43,072 nt of DNA from Ornithinibacter sp. (GCA_035633415.1 DASQEZ010000076.1:1-43072); one strand, 5' to 3'. Positions 29,573-39,183 are shown, numbered from the stretch's first letter. Notes: generated from the letters alone by a model not told the origin. Numbers and translations: made by a program.

Positions 29573-30197
29573 CGAGCAGCAGGGCGCCGATGACGAGCAG
29601 CACTACGGCCATGATCGTCGCGCTGTGGGCGGTCAGCCAGTCCTTGGCGCGCTGCAGCGGGGCCGTGGCCCGGTCGCCGAGCACGACGTGCGCCAGGAGG
29701 GGCAGGGCCACGGTCACGGACCCCAGCAGGGTGAAGACCAGCACGGCGACGACGCTCTGGCTGCCCGACGTCGTGGACGCACCGATGATCATCCCGGCAG
29801 CCGCGCAGAGCAGCAGGACCTTGGGGTTGGCGAGCGAGAGCAGCACGCCCACCCCCGCGGCCGACCTCGGCGTGGCCGACCCGAGTGACGTCATCCAGGA
29901 CGGGGCCGGCCGCTCCGCGTGGCGCGAGAGCCACTGCCGCACGCCGAGCACCACCAGCGCGACGCCGAACGCCACGCGCACCCACGACATCCAGGTCGGC
30001 GGCTCGTCGAACTCCTCGATGACCGTCTCCAGCAGCACGAACGCAGCAGTGCCGGTGAGGATGCCGGTGGCCCACCCCCCGAGGAACGCACCTGCGTTCG
30101 CCGTGGCGCGGGGGGTGAGCAGCAGCAGGATGACGGGGATGACCGGGAACGGCGATGCCGCGATGCCGACGACGAGGGGCAACAGGTCGGTGATCAC
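29550..30197 (-). CDS. GAP/Sap family membrane protein
   Basis: GIAASP, AFLGGW, LANPK, WLTAHSATIMAVVLLVIG; about six TM helices. Confidence 0.82.
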   Translation of the reverse strand: MITDLLPLVVGIAASPFPVIPVILLLLTPRATANAGAFLGGWATGILTGTAAFVLLETVIEEFDEPPTWMSWVRVAFGVALVVLGVRQWLSRHAERPAPSWMTSLGSATPRSAAGVGVLLSLANPKVLLLCAAAGMIIGASTTSGSQSVVAVLVFTLLGSVTVALPLLAHVVLGDRATAPLQRAKDWLTAHSATIMAVVLLVIGALLLVKGLGGL

Positions 30198-31204
30198 GGG
30201 GCGCGCCCCACGGCGGCGGAGCCGAACAGGTCCAGGCCGAGCTCACGTGAGAGACGAGCCGCGGCGAGCACGCCCCGCACGCTGTTGCCGGCGGCATCCA
30301 GTGGCGGCGAGAAGGTCCCCAGACCGCCCTTACCGGGGGCCGCGGTGACGATGCCGCCACCGATGCCGCTCTTGCCGGGGAGGCCGACCCGCACGAGCCA
30401 CTGCCCCGACGTCTCGTACAGCCCCGCTGTCGTCATGACCGCGAGGGTGCGGGCCGCCACCTCGGCGCCGACCACACGCTCGCCCGACACCGGGTTGACC
30501 CCGCCGTCGGCCAGGGTCGCCCCCATCACCGCCAGGTCACGAGCGGTGACGGCGAGACAGCTCTGTCGGGTGTAGAGGTCGAGCGCGAGGTCCGGGTCGG
30601 GGAGGCGGCCGAGGGAGTGCAACAGCTGGGCGATGGCACGGTTGCGCTGGTTCGACGTGCGGGCCGACGCTAGTGCCGCCTCGTCGAGCGAGAGGTCTCG
30701 CCCGGCGAACGCCGACATGCCGCCGCGCAGCTCGTCCCACGCCACCTCGACGCCGCGCACTCCACCCGGCCCGGCGAGCATCCCGGTGCACGCGATGGCG
30801 CCGGGGTTGACCATCGGGTTGGTGCGGCCGTCGGCGCTGGCCTCGACCGCAGCCAGCGAGTTGAACGCCCGGCCCGTCGCGTCGACCCCGACGTGGTCGA
30901 CCAGCGCGTCGATGCCCTGGTGCTCGCAGGCGAGCGCGAACACGAAGGGTTTGGCGACGCTCATCAGGGCGAAGGGCACGTCGACGTCCCCTGCCAGGAA
31001 CTCGTGTCCGTCGACTCCGATCATGGCGACGCCGAAGAGCGATGGGTCAGCCTGCGCGAGAACGGGATACACGTCACTGACCGCGCCCTCGACCACGCCA
31101 GCCAGCTCGCGGTGGCACCGTTCGACCACGGCTTGGACCCGCTCGTCACGTGGCAGGTGCCCCGTGGAGACGTACCGCTCCTCTTCCGTGGCCCGTTCAC
31201 TCAC
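30194..31204 (-). CDS. glsA: Glutaminase A
   Basis: SVAKPF (SxxK), NPMVNPGAI, YTRQSC, GLYETSG, GLPGKSGIGGG, SPPLD..GNSVRG. Confidence 0.93.
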   Translation of the reverse strand: MSERATEEERYVSTGHLPRDERVQAVVERCHRELAGVVEGAVSDVYPVLAQADPSLFGVAMIGVDGHEFLAGDVDVPFALMSVAKPFVFALACEHQGIDALVDHVGVDATGRAFNSLAAVEASADGRTNPMVNPGAIACTGMLAGPGGVRGVEVAWDELRGGMSAFAGRDLSLDEAALASARTSNQRNRAIAQLLHSLGRLPDPDLALDLYTRQSCLAVTARDLAVMGATLADGGVNPVSGERVVGAEVAARTLAVMTTAGLYETSGQWLVRVGLPGKSGIGGGIVTAAPGKGGLGTFSPPLDAAGNSVRGVLAAARLSRELGLDLFGSAAVGRAP

Positions 31205-31252
31205 CCCGTGATCGTAGGCCGAGGAGTCGTCCGCCCGCGGCCGTCGCCCGGC

Positions 31253-31975
31253 TCAGCCCCGCAACGGGGCACCGGCGCGCAGCACCACCCGGCGGGCGAG
31301 GGCGTCGATCGAGTCGACGACGGTGTGGTCCTCGACGCCGAGCTCGCCGTGCAGCACCGACAGCTCGGTGCAGCCCAGCGCCACCGCCTCGGCCCCGAGG
31401 CCGCGCAGGTGGTCGACCACGGCGTCGAACCGCGCCCGGGGCACCGGCTCCCCTGCCTTCACGCCGTCGTAGATGATCGACATCACCTCGCGCTGCACGT
31501 CCGGTGAGGGCGTGACCAGGTCGACCCCGGCGGCCGCCGCGGCCGCGCCGTACGTGCCTGCCAGCAGCGTGCCGTCCGTGGCGAGCAGGCCGAGCCGGCG
31601 CAGGCCCGGCACCGCCGCGCGGGCCGCGTCGACGGTCTCGGCGACCGTGTCGAGCACCTCGATCGAGACGGCGGCGCGCATCTGGTCGACCCAGACCACG
31701 GCCGTGTTGCACGGGATGGCGATGAAGCGCGCCCCCGCCCGCTCGAGCGCCACGGCATCCGCGACGAGCACCGGTGCGGGGCTGTCACCGTGGCCGAGCA
31801 GGAAGGCCGACCGGTCGGGGATGCTGCCGTGCTGCCAGACGAGGAGGTCGACGTGGTCCTGGTCGCGGTGGGCGTCGGTGAGCTCGACCAGCCGGCGCAT
31901 GAAGTGCACCGTCGCGGCGGGGCCGAGGCCGCCGAGCACGCCCACCGGCTCGACGCGACCCGCGCTCGCGCTCAT
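31253..31975 (-). CDS. Aspartate/glutamate racemase family (likely Asp racemase)
   Basis: GVLGGLGPAAT, DQDH, IPDR, IPCNTA, LATDGT, LGCTEL; ATGA overlap with the upstream ligase. Confidence 0.92.
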   Translation of the reverse strand: MSASAGRVEPVGVLGGLGPAATVHFMRRLVELTDAHRDQDHVDLLVWQHGSIPDRSAFLLGHGDSPAPVLVADAVALERAGARFIAIPCNTAVVWVDQMRAAVSIEVLDTVAETVDAARAAVPGLRRLGLLATDGTLLAGTYGAAAAAAGVDLVTPSPDVQREVMSIIYDGVKAGEPVPRARFDAVVDHLRGLGAEAVALGCTELSVLHGELGVEDHTVVDSIDALARRVVLRAGAPLRG

Positions 31976-33207
31976 CGTGCGACGAAGTGCTTGCGGAACT
32001 TGCGCACCTGGTTGACGTGGTAGGCCACGTTGTAGGCGCGGCGCTTGAGGGTGAGGTCGGGGGCGTACCAGTTCGGGTCGCTCGCCCGGCCGGCCTTCAT
32101 CAGGGCGAGCGCCCTGTCGCGCAGCACGGGGTCGAGCACGTAGTGCCTGACGACGTACTTCGGGACGAAGGCGAAGAGGTGCTCTCCGCGAGCGATCTCG
32201 ACGCCCTGCAGCTCCTCGTGGCGCACCCAGTCGCGCACGTACCACTCGGAGACGTTGTTGCCGCCGGCGGTCACGTAGAAGTTGGACCGGCCCAGGCGCA
32301 CGTTGATCTCGAAGAACTTCAGGATGCCGTCGCGCCGGTCGTACTTGAGGTCGAAGTTCGAGAAGCCGACGTAGCCGACGTGCTCGAGGAAGCGGGTGGC
32401 CTGCTCGATGATGTCGTCGATCTCGGTGTTGATGATGACGCAGGGGTTGCCGATGGCCATCGGGTGGTGCTCCTCGAGCAGCACGTGGCCGACCGCGCCG
32501 AATCGCACCTTGCCGTGCTGGTCGGAGTAGCAGGTGAGCACCCGCATGTTCGTGTCGTCGCCCGGGATGAACTCCTGCAGCAGGAAGTTGCCGTCGTAGT
32601 TCGACGCCCGCACGGCCGCGAGCGCCGTGGCCAGCTGCTCGCGGGTGTCGTGGATGAACACCTTCTTCTTCCCGGGGTAGCGCGCGTAGTGGTGCAGGGC
32701 GCTGTCGGCCGGCTTCATCACGACCGGGAACTCGAACGGCAGGTCGTGCTCCTCGCCGAGGTCCTGCGACATGTCGACGACCACGGTCCTCGGATAGGGC
32801 ACGCCGACCTCGTCGAGCTGGCCGTAGAAGACGTCCTTGCGCACGATCCGGTCGAGCAGGTCGACGTCGATGTAGGGGATCGTGAACCACTGGCCGAGGT
32901 GGTCCTTGTTCTCGATGATCATCCGCACGTACCAGTCACCGGCCGCGACGAGGAGCAGCGGCACCCCCGCCCGGGCGTGGTCGCGTCCGACCTTCTCCAG
33001 CGCGCCGACGAACACCTCGGCGTCCTCGAATCCCTCGATGTAGACGTGGTCGCACAACGTGCTCATGCCGATCGGGCCGCCGTCGGTCATGTTGACCACG
33101 AGCGGGCGCACGCCGTAGGCGGCGTGGAAGGTGCGCACCAGGCTGTACGCCGTGATGTCGCCGCCGAGGATGACGGGGCGGAAGTCGGTGGCCGGGGCGT
33201 CGGGCAC
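31972..33207 (-). CDS. ATP-grasp carboxylate-amine ligase, D-aspartate ligase-like
   Basis: PVILGGDI..YS, GDWYV, FPVVMKP, QEFIPGDD, VLLEEH, FDLKYD, FEINVRLGRSN; GGAAGGA RBS before the GTG. Confidence 0.85.
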   Translation of the reverse strand: MPDAPATDFRPVILGGDITAYSLVRTFHAAYGVRPLVVNMTDGGPIGMSTLCDHVYIEGFEDAEVFVGALEKVGRDHARAGVPLLLVAAGDWYVRMIIENKDHLGQWFTIPYIDVDLLDRIVRKDVFYGQLDEVGVPYPRTVVVDMSQDLGEEHDLPFEFPVVMKPADSALHHYARYPGKKKVFIHDTREQLATALAAVRASNYDGNFLLQEFIPGDDTNMRVLTCYSDQHGKVRFGAVGHVLLEEHHPMAIGNPCVIINTEIDDIIEQATRFLEHVGYVGFSNFDLKYDRRDGILKFFEINVRLGRSNFYVTAGGNNVSEWYVRDWVRHEELQGVEIARGEHLFAFVPKYVVRHYVLDPVLRDRALALMKAGRASDPNWYAPDLTLKRRAYNVAYHVNQVRKFRKHFVAR

Positions 33208-33314
33208 GCGAGGTCCTTCCGAGGGCTCGTGGATGGCGCGGGTCGTCCCGCAGGGGCTCCTCCAAGGTTCCCACAGGCGGCGGCGCGCCCCGGCATCCGG
33301 TCGCGGCCACGGTG

Positions 33315-34991
33315 TCAGATCCGGTCGTCGCGCAGCACGGTGCCGTCGGGGTCGAACACGTCGTAGAGCCGCGGAGCCCAGAGCAGCTGCGCCCGGGTCA
33401 GCTCGGGCGGAGCGAGCCGGCGCAGGCGGCCGGGTGGCCGCTCGACTCCTGCGGCCCCGTTCGGTGCGCCGGACCGACGCCGCCAGCGCACCGAGGTGCC
33501 CTTGAACGGGGCGCTGGGACGCGGGAGGTGACGCCGACCGCGAGCGCGCAGCCCCCCCGCGTACCACTCGTCGAGCGCGTCGGCCGCGCTCGCCATGAGG
33601 TCCCAGACCTCGTCCGGATCGTCCGGTACGTCCTCAGCCGCGACGCCGAGGTGCTCCGCCACCAGCTCCCGGCGCACCCGCAGGACGAAGGAGTCGCGAG
33701 GCGCCGACGTCGACCGGTCGGACACCCTCACGTCCTGGACGGCGCAGGCGATCTCCGAGTCGCTCGACCACGACCGCCGGTTGAAGTTGTCCGACCCCAC
33801 GCTCGCCCACACGTCGTCGATGCAGCAGACCTTGGCGTGCACGTAGACGGGGTAACCCGCCTCGCTGGTGAGCCCATAGATCGCGACCCGGTCGCCCCCG
33901 GCCTCGAGGAGCAGGTCCATCGCGAGCTTGCGCCCGTACAGCTGCGGGGGGAGGGTGAGGGCGCCGTCCTCGTCGGGCACCAGCGGGATGACCGCGATGA
34001 GACGTAGCTCGGGGTTCTCGCGCAGTGCCCGCCCGAAGTGCCGGCCGACCTCCTGCGACCAGAGGTACTGGTCCTCGAGGTAGACAAGCCGCCGGGCGTG
34101 CGCCACGGCCTTGGTGTTGGCGTGCGCGACGCTGCGCTCCCCCGCCGGGGCGAAGTCGTGGCCCTTGGGCAGGATCGCCGGGTAGGTGCGCAGGATCTGC
34201 ACCGCCTCGGTGGCGCCCTCCGTGGGCGAGGGCGGCGGCGGTGCCTGTTCGGCCAGCGGCCGCGGGACGAGCGGCTCCCGCTGGGCCAGGCTGGACAACA
34301 GCCGGCCGGGGTTGAGCGTGAGCGGGGTGGTGTCCTGCCACCGTTCGCGAAAGGTCGTCTCGACGTCGAAGACGGCCGGCCCCTCGATGGCGACGTGCAC
34401 GTCGTGCCAGGCCGGGCGCCGGCCGAACGCCTGCGGCATCGCGATGACCTGGGGGTCACCCTCGTGCTCGATGCCGTCCCGGCGACCGTGGCACAGGTCG
34501 ATGCCACCCAGGTAGGCGATGTCGCGCGAGGAGTCCTCGCGGTGGCGCAGCACGACGAGCTTCTGGTGGTGCGAGCCGCCGGTGCGCACCCGCATGTCAC
34601 GCAGGCACTGCCCACCCGCCTCGTCGATCTCGATGCCGAACAGGCGCGACTTCTCCGAGTGGAAGCCGAGCTTGTTCCAGTGCGAGCGCCAGAGCAGGCC
34701 CTTCACGTCGGCGCCACGCGCGGCCGCGGCCGCGAACGTCGCCGACACCGTGGACGCCGGGTCGTCGGTCAGCTGTTGGTCCGGGTCGCCTCGCCAGTCG
34801 GCGAAGTAGAGGAGGTCACCCTCCCCGAGGGCGCTGACCCGCTGGTACAGCTCGGCCATGTACGGCCGGCCGTGGACGATCGGGCGCACCCGGTTGCCCT
34901 CGCTCCAGGCCACGCCGTCAGGGAGGTGCTGGTCGATGGTGGCGTGGGGGTTGTCCCGCTCGTCGGGGCGAAGGAAGAGGTCGGGGAGCAC
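33315..34991 (-). CDS. Phospholipase D superfamily protein
   Basis: SHHQKLVVLR...GGIDL, WHDV, YLEDQY, YVHAKVCCIDD, GSDNFNRRS. Confidence 0.9.
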   Translation of the reverse strand: MLPDLFLRPDERDNPHATIDQHLPDGVAWSEGNRVRPIVHGRPYMAELYQRVSALGEGDLLYFADWRGDPDQQLTDDPASTVSATFAAAAARGADVKGLLWRSHWNKLGFHSEKSRLFGIEIDEAGGQCLRDMRVRTGGSHHQKLVVLRHREDSSRDIAYLGGIDLCHGRRDGIEHEGDPQVIAMPQAFGRRPAWHDVHVAIEGPAVFDVETTFRERWQDTTPLTLNPGRLLSSLAQREPLVPRPLAEQAPPPPSPTEGATEAVQILRTYPAILPKGHDFAPAGERSVAHANTKAVAHARRLVYLEDQYLWSQEVGRHFGRALRENPELRLIAVIPLVPDEDGALTLPPQLYGRKLAMDLLLEAGGDRVAIYGLTSEAGYPVYVHAKVCCIDDVWASVGSDNFNRRSWSSDSEIACAVQDVRVSDRSTSAPRDSFVLRVRRELVAEHLGVAAEDVPDDPDEVWDLMASAADALDEWYAGGLRARGRRHLPRPSAPFKGTSVRWRRRSGAPNGAAGVERPPGRLRRLAPPELTRAQLLWAPRLYDVFDPDGTVLRDDRI

Positions 34992-35082
34992 GCGGCCATC
35001 CTGCCCGCCGCGGGGCGCCCGCCGCGCACCGATGTGGCCCGAAGTCCCGAGGAAGTGGGCCCCGCGCTCCTACCATGCAGGC

Positions 35083-35787
35083 ATGCAGGGGATGCGAGTG
35101 GTGCTCGCGGAGGACAGCGTGCTGCTTCGCCAAGGGCTGGTCGCCCTGCTGTCCGAGCATCCTGCCATCGCCGAGGTCATCGAGGCCGGCGACCTCGGCG
35201 AGCTCCTCCAGGCGGTCAGCGAGCACGGGCCCGACGTCGTGCTCGCCGACATCCGGATGCCGCCCACGCACACGGACGAGGGCATCCGGGCGGCCGAGCG
35301 GTTCCGGCACACCCACCCCGAGCTCGGGGTCGTGGTGCTGTCGCAGCACGCCGACGCCGAAGGGGCGCTGGCCCTGGTGGCCGGCGGCAGCACCGGCCGC
35401 GGCTACCTGCTCAAGGAGCGCGTCGCCGACGTCGAGCACCTCGTCTCGGCGCTCGAGGCGGTGCGCCGCGGCGAGAGCGTCATCGACCCGCACGTGGTCG
35501 ACGCCCTGATGCGGCACCGCATGCGCTTCGAGGCCAGCCCGGTCGCCCGGCTGACCGGCCGTGAGCGCGAGGTGCTCGGACTGATCGCCACGGGCGCGTC
35601 GAACTCCGCGATCGCCGCCTCCCTGCACGTCACCTCGCGCGCGGTGGAGAAGCACATCAACTCGATCTTCACCAAGCTCGACCTCCCCGCGGGCGACCGC
35701 ACCCACCGGCGGGTCGCCGCGGTGCTCCTCTACCTCGGCGACAGCGGGTCGGCTCCGTCGCCGGTGGTGGCGGGGCCGGTGGTCTGA
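35083..35787 (+). CDS. NarL/LuxR-family response regulator
   Basis: LAEDS, ADIRMPP, LSQH, GYLLK, LTGREREVL..IATGASN, VEKHINSIFTKL. Alternative start 35092. Confidence 0.93.
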   Translation: MQGMRVVLAEDSVLLRQGLVALLSEHPAIAEVIEAGDLGELLQAVSEHGPDVVLADIRMPPTHTDEGIRAAERFRHTHPELGVVVLSQHADAEGALALVAGGSTGRGYLLKERVADVEHLVSALEAVRRGESVIDPHVVDALMRHRMRFEASPVARLTGREREVLGLIATGASNSAIAASLHVTSRAVEKHINSIFTKLDLPAGDRTHRRVAAVLLYLGDSGSAPSPVVAGPVV

Positions 35788-35788
35788 G

Positions 35789-37018
35789 GTGGCCCGGGCG
35801 ACGGCCCTGTACGCCGGCCGCTTCGGCGGCGGGGCCACCCGCGAGGCGCGACTGCGGGCCTACCTGCACGTCAACCTGCTGGCCATCTGGTCCTCGGTCA
35901 TCGCCCTCGTGGTGCTCCGGGTCGTCCTCGGGCCGTCGCGCACGATCATGGGCAACCTCAGCGCGCTGGTGGCGTGCGGCATCCTGCTGCTGACGGCCGA
36001 GGTGCTGGCCGCGCGTGACCGCAGCTCGTGGGCGGCCGGCGTCACCGTCGTCGCGACCTGGTTCGTGGCGCTCGCGATCACCTGGGTGGGACCGTTCCTG
36101 ACCCCCGTCGGCCTGCTGGCCCTGCTCCTGCCGCTGGTCATCGTCGCCGACCACCTGACGTCACGGCTACGCACCCCCGCCGTCGCGATGACGATCGTCC
36201 TGTCGGGCGTGCTCGCGGGCGTGGGCATGTCCAGGTGGCCGGCGTACGAGGCGAGCCACCCCGTCACGACCAGCACGGTGCTCATCGTGGCGCTCTTCGT
36301 GCCGGTGCTCGTCACCGTCCTCGTCGCCGGTCTGCGCGACTACGTGCTGAGGCTTCGCGAGCGCACCCGCGAGCTGGAGGAGTCCCGGGCCAGGCTCGCG
36401 GTGGCGGCCATCGAGGCCCGCCGGTCGATCGAGCGCGACCTGCACGACGGTGCCCAGCAACGGCTGACCACCCTCGCCGTGGATCTCGGCCGGTTGACCC
36501 GGATGTGGGACCAGGACCCGCCCCAGGCCCGCACCATCGTCGACGGCCTGCAGGGCCAGATCGAGGCCGCGATCCGCGAGCTGCGCGACCTCGCCCACGG
36601 CATCTACCCGCCGTTGCTCGGCGAGCGCGGGCTGGTCGGCGCCCTCCCCGCGGCGGCCCGTCGCACGATCCTGCCCTGCACCGTCGACGTCCGATCGCTG
36701 GGCCGGCACTCACCCTCGGTCGAGGCGGCCGTCTACTTCTGCTGCACCGAGGCGATCCAGAACGCCGACCGGCACTCGGGCGGCTCGATCATCACCGTGC
36801 AGGCGTCCGACGACGAGGGCCCCGGCCGGGGCCTGCGGTTCAGCGTGTCCGACGACGGGCACGGCTTCGACCCCGGGGCGGTCCGCTCCGCCCACGGCCT
36901 GACCGGGATGCGAGACCGCATCCGGGCGGCCGGTGGCGAGCTACGGGTCATCTCGGCCCCCGGCCACGGCACCACGGTCGAAGGCCACTTCGCCCCCGGG
37001 ACCCGACAGCGTCGCTGA
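35789..37018 (+). CDS. Membrane sensor histidine kinase (HisKA_3)
   Basis: TM N-terminus; IERDLHDGAQQRL, EAIQNADRH, VSDDGHGF, GLTGMRDR. Confidence 0.93.
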   Translation: MARATALYAGRFGGGATREARLRAYLHVNLLAIWSSVIALVVLRVVLGPSRTIMGNLSALVACGILLLTAEVLAARDRSSWAAGVTVVATWFVALAITWVGPFLTPVGLLALLLPLVIVADHLTSRLRTPAVAMTIVLSGVLAGVGMSRWPAYEASHPVTTSTVLIVALFVPVLVTVLVAGLRDYVLRLRERTRELEESRARLAVAAIEARRSIERDLHDGAQQRLTTLAVDLGRLTRMWDQDPPQARTIVDGLQGQIEAAIRELRDLAHGIYPPLLGERGLVGALPAAARRTILPCTVDVRSLGRHSPSVEAAVYFCCTEAIQNADRHSGGSIITVQASDDEGPGRGLRFSVSDDGHGFDPGAVRSAHGLTGMRDRIRAAGGELRVISAPGHGTTVEGHFAPGTRQRR

Positions 37019-37102
37019 CAGCGACCTTCGGAATCAGCACCTTCGCCGGTCACCAGCCACTGATCCGGTAGTAGCTGAGGTGATCCTCAGTTGGTGCCCG
37101 GA

Positions 37103-37124
37103 ATGGTGGTGCCAGCACCACCAT
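37103..37124. promoter_or_regulatory. Perfect 10-2-10 palindrome, candidate operator or hairpin
   Basis: ATGGTGGTGC-CA-GCACCACCAT just downstream of the two-component system. Confidence 0.45.
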
Positions 37125-37240
37125 CGGTTCGGATGGACGCACCCGCGCGACGGTCGGAGCCATCGTGCACAGTGGTCCTGTGACCGTCGCAGGGGACGGT
37201 GCACGCCCACCCGGGGCCCGGTCCAACGGATCGCCCCGTG

Positions 37241-37277
37241 GGCGGTGGGTCGCACGGACGGCGTGCGACCCACCGCC
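37241..37277. terminator. Perfect 16-bp GC-rich hairpin, possible terminator without U-tract
   Basis: GGCGGTGGGTCGCACG-GACGG-CGTGCGACCCACCGCC. Confidence 0.5.
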
Positions 37278-37345
37278 GTGGGAACTCCCTCGATCGCGGT
37301 GAGCGAGCTCGTGACGTGCGTCGCCCCGCCCCCGGTCGAACCTTC

Positions 37346-37371
37346 GGAACACCGCCCCGCTCTCCCCGGTT
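37346..37371 (+). promoter_or_regulatory. Candidate SigR/SigH-type promoter for the DUF427 gene
   Basis: GGAAC-N18-GTT about 80 nt upstream of the ATG at 37450. Confidence 0.55.
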
Positions 37372-37449
37372 GACCACGGCAGCACGCTCGCTCCGGCGCC
37401 CACGGCCAACCACGGCAGCCCGCGCCCGGCATCACCCGAGGAGATCGAC

Positions 37450-37731
37450 ATGAAGGCCATCTGGAACGGCACCGTCATCGCGCAGTCCGACGACACCGTC
37501 GTCGTGGAGGGGAACCACTACTTCCCCGTCGACGCGGTCGACCCCGACGTGCTGCGGCCCTCGGACCTGCACACGGTCTGCCCGTGGAAGGGAACGGCGT
37601 CGTACTGGACCCTCGAGGTCGACGGAGCCACGAACGCCGACGCCGCCTGGTTCTACCCCGAGCCCAAGGACGCCGCAGCGCAGATCCGCGACCGCGTCGC
37701 CTTCTGGAAGGGCGTCACCGTCGAGCCGTGA
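37450..37731 (+). CDS. DUF427 domain protein
   Basis: WNGTVIAQSD, VEGNHYFP, CPWKGTASY, AAWFYPEP, RVAFW; GAGGAG RBS. Confidence 0.93.
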   Translation: MKAIWNGTVIAQSDDTVVVEGNHYFPVDAVDPDVLRPSDLHTVCPWKGTASYWTLEVDGATNADAAWFYPEPKDAAAQIRDRVAFWKGVTVEP

Positions 37732-37754
37732 CCGACCCACGAAGGGTCGCGAGC

Positions 37755-37970
37755 TCAGATCGCGAAGTAGGCGATGAAGATCGCGAAGAGCAGCGGCACG
37801 CCGAACACCACGTCGAGCACGTTGAAGGGAACCCAGAACAGGTGGGTGACCTTCCAGCCGTAGTCGGCCTCGGGCCACTCCGGTGGCACCCAGGACCGGG
37901 CGCGCCAAAGCCGCTGCCCCACGAACAGGGCGGAGTAGACCCCGACCGCGACCCACCAGGCGTCGACCAC
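37755..37970 (-). CDS. Small membrane protein (71 aa)
   Basis: Two hydrophobic segments; GTG 13 nt downstream of the pfp stop; coding-like codon usage. Confidence 0.55.
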   Translation of the reverse strand: MVDAWWVAVGVYSALFVGQRLWRARSWVPPEWPEADYGWKVTHLFWVPFNVLDVVFGVPLLFAIFIAYFAI

Positions 37971-37983
37971 GGTCGGGCTCCGG

Positions 37984-39183
37984 TCAGCTCTGCCCGATGG
38001 ACTCGAGCAGGTCGGTGAACCACGGGGTGCTCGCGTCGAACACCTTGCCGCCCCTGATGCGGGGGAACTCGATGGCGCGCAGCTCGCCGCCACGCTCCTC
38101 GTCATGGCCGATGACCCCCGCCTCGCCGCGCAGGGCGCAGTCGACGGCGAGGTCGGTGCACTCCTTGATCAGCGCCAGGTCGCGGGCGTTGGCCGCCGCC
38201 GAGCGTGAGAAGTAGCCGGACTTCTGCACCATCGTCTTCTCGGCACCGAGCAGGTTGGCGAACTGCTTGGCGAACCACGCGCCCGGGTTCACCTTGTCGA
38301 GCTGCACGTGGCCGAACGGGTCCTTGGGCACCTCCTGGCCGGAGGCCTCCAACTCGGCGACGACCTCCGCGACGCCTGCCCCTTCGGAGAGGAAGATGTT
38401 GACGCAGCCGAGCTCGTTCATGACAGCGTGCAGCCGCTCGGCCTCCGCGTGCAGGTCGATGTGGCGCTCGGGCACGAAGACCGCGTGGACATCCCAGCGC
38501 CGCGGGTCGTTGCCGATGCCGGGCACGTACTCCTGCTCGGCGACCCAGTTGTGGTACGCCTCGGCGGTCGCCGCCGTGAGCCACCCGCAGTTGCGCCCCA
38601 TCACCTCGTGGACGATGAGCATCCGGGGGTTCGAGGTGTGCTCGGCGATGATGTTCTGGGCGAAGATCGACCCCTGCTCGGCCGCAGTCCAGGCGCCCAG
38701 CGACTGGTGGATCGGCACGACGTCGTTGTCGACGGTCTTCGGCAGGCCCACGACGGTCAACTCGTAGTCGTTCTCGTGCAGGTAGGCCGCGAGGTCGGCG
38801 GCCGTGGTGTTGGTGTCGTCCCCGCCGATCGTGTGCAGCACGTCGACGCCGTCGGCAGTGAGCTGCTCAGCCGCGACGTGCAGCGGGTCCTGCCCCTTGC
38901 GCACCAGGCCGCGCTTGACGCAGTCCTTGACGTTGGTCAGCTTGACCCGGCTGTTGCCGATCGGCGAGCCGCCGAAGCGGTGCAGCAGGTGGGCTCGCTC
39001 GCGCACCTGGGGGGTGATCTCGATCGACTCGCCCTTGAGCAGGCCCGCGTAGCCGTTGGTGTACGCGAGGATCCGCACGTCGGGCGCCAGCTCGGTGTAG
39101 CGCTGGATGAGCCCTCCGACGGCCGAGGACAGGCAGGGGGCGAGCCCTCCGGCGGTGAGCATGGCGACGGTGCGGACGGTCAT
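37984..39183 (-). CDS. pfp: Pyrophosphate-dependent phosphofructokinase
   Basis: TAGGLAPC, GNSRVK, IGGDDT (PPi-type Asp), PKTVDND, EVMGRNCG, QKSGYFSR. Confidence 0.93.
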   Translation of the reverse strand: MTVRTVAMLTAGGLAPCLSSAVGGLIQRYTELAPDVRILAYTNGYAGLLKGESIEITPQVRERAHLLHRFGGSPIGNSRVKLTNVKDCVKRGLVRKGQDPLHVAAEQLTADGVDVLHTIGGDDTNTTAADLAAYLHENDYELTVVGLPKTVDNDVVPIHQSLGAWTAAEQGSIFAQNIIAEHTSNPRMLIVHEVMGRNCGWLTAATAEAYHNWVAEQEYVPGIGNDPRRWDVHAVFVPERHIDLHAEAERLHAVMNELGCVNIFLSEGAGVAEVVAELEASGQEVPKDPFGHVQLDKVNPGAWFAKQFANLLGAEKTMVQKSGYFSRSAAANARDLALIKECTDLAVDCALRGEAGVIGHDEERGGELRAIEFPRIRGGKVFDASTPWFTDLLESIGQS

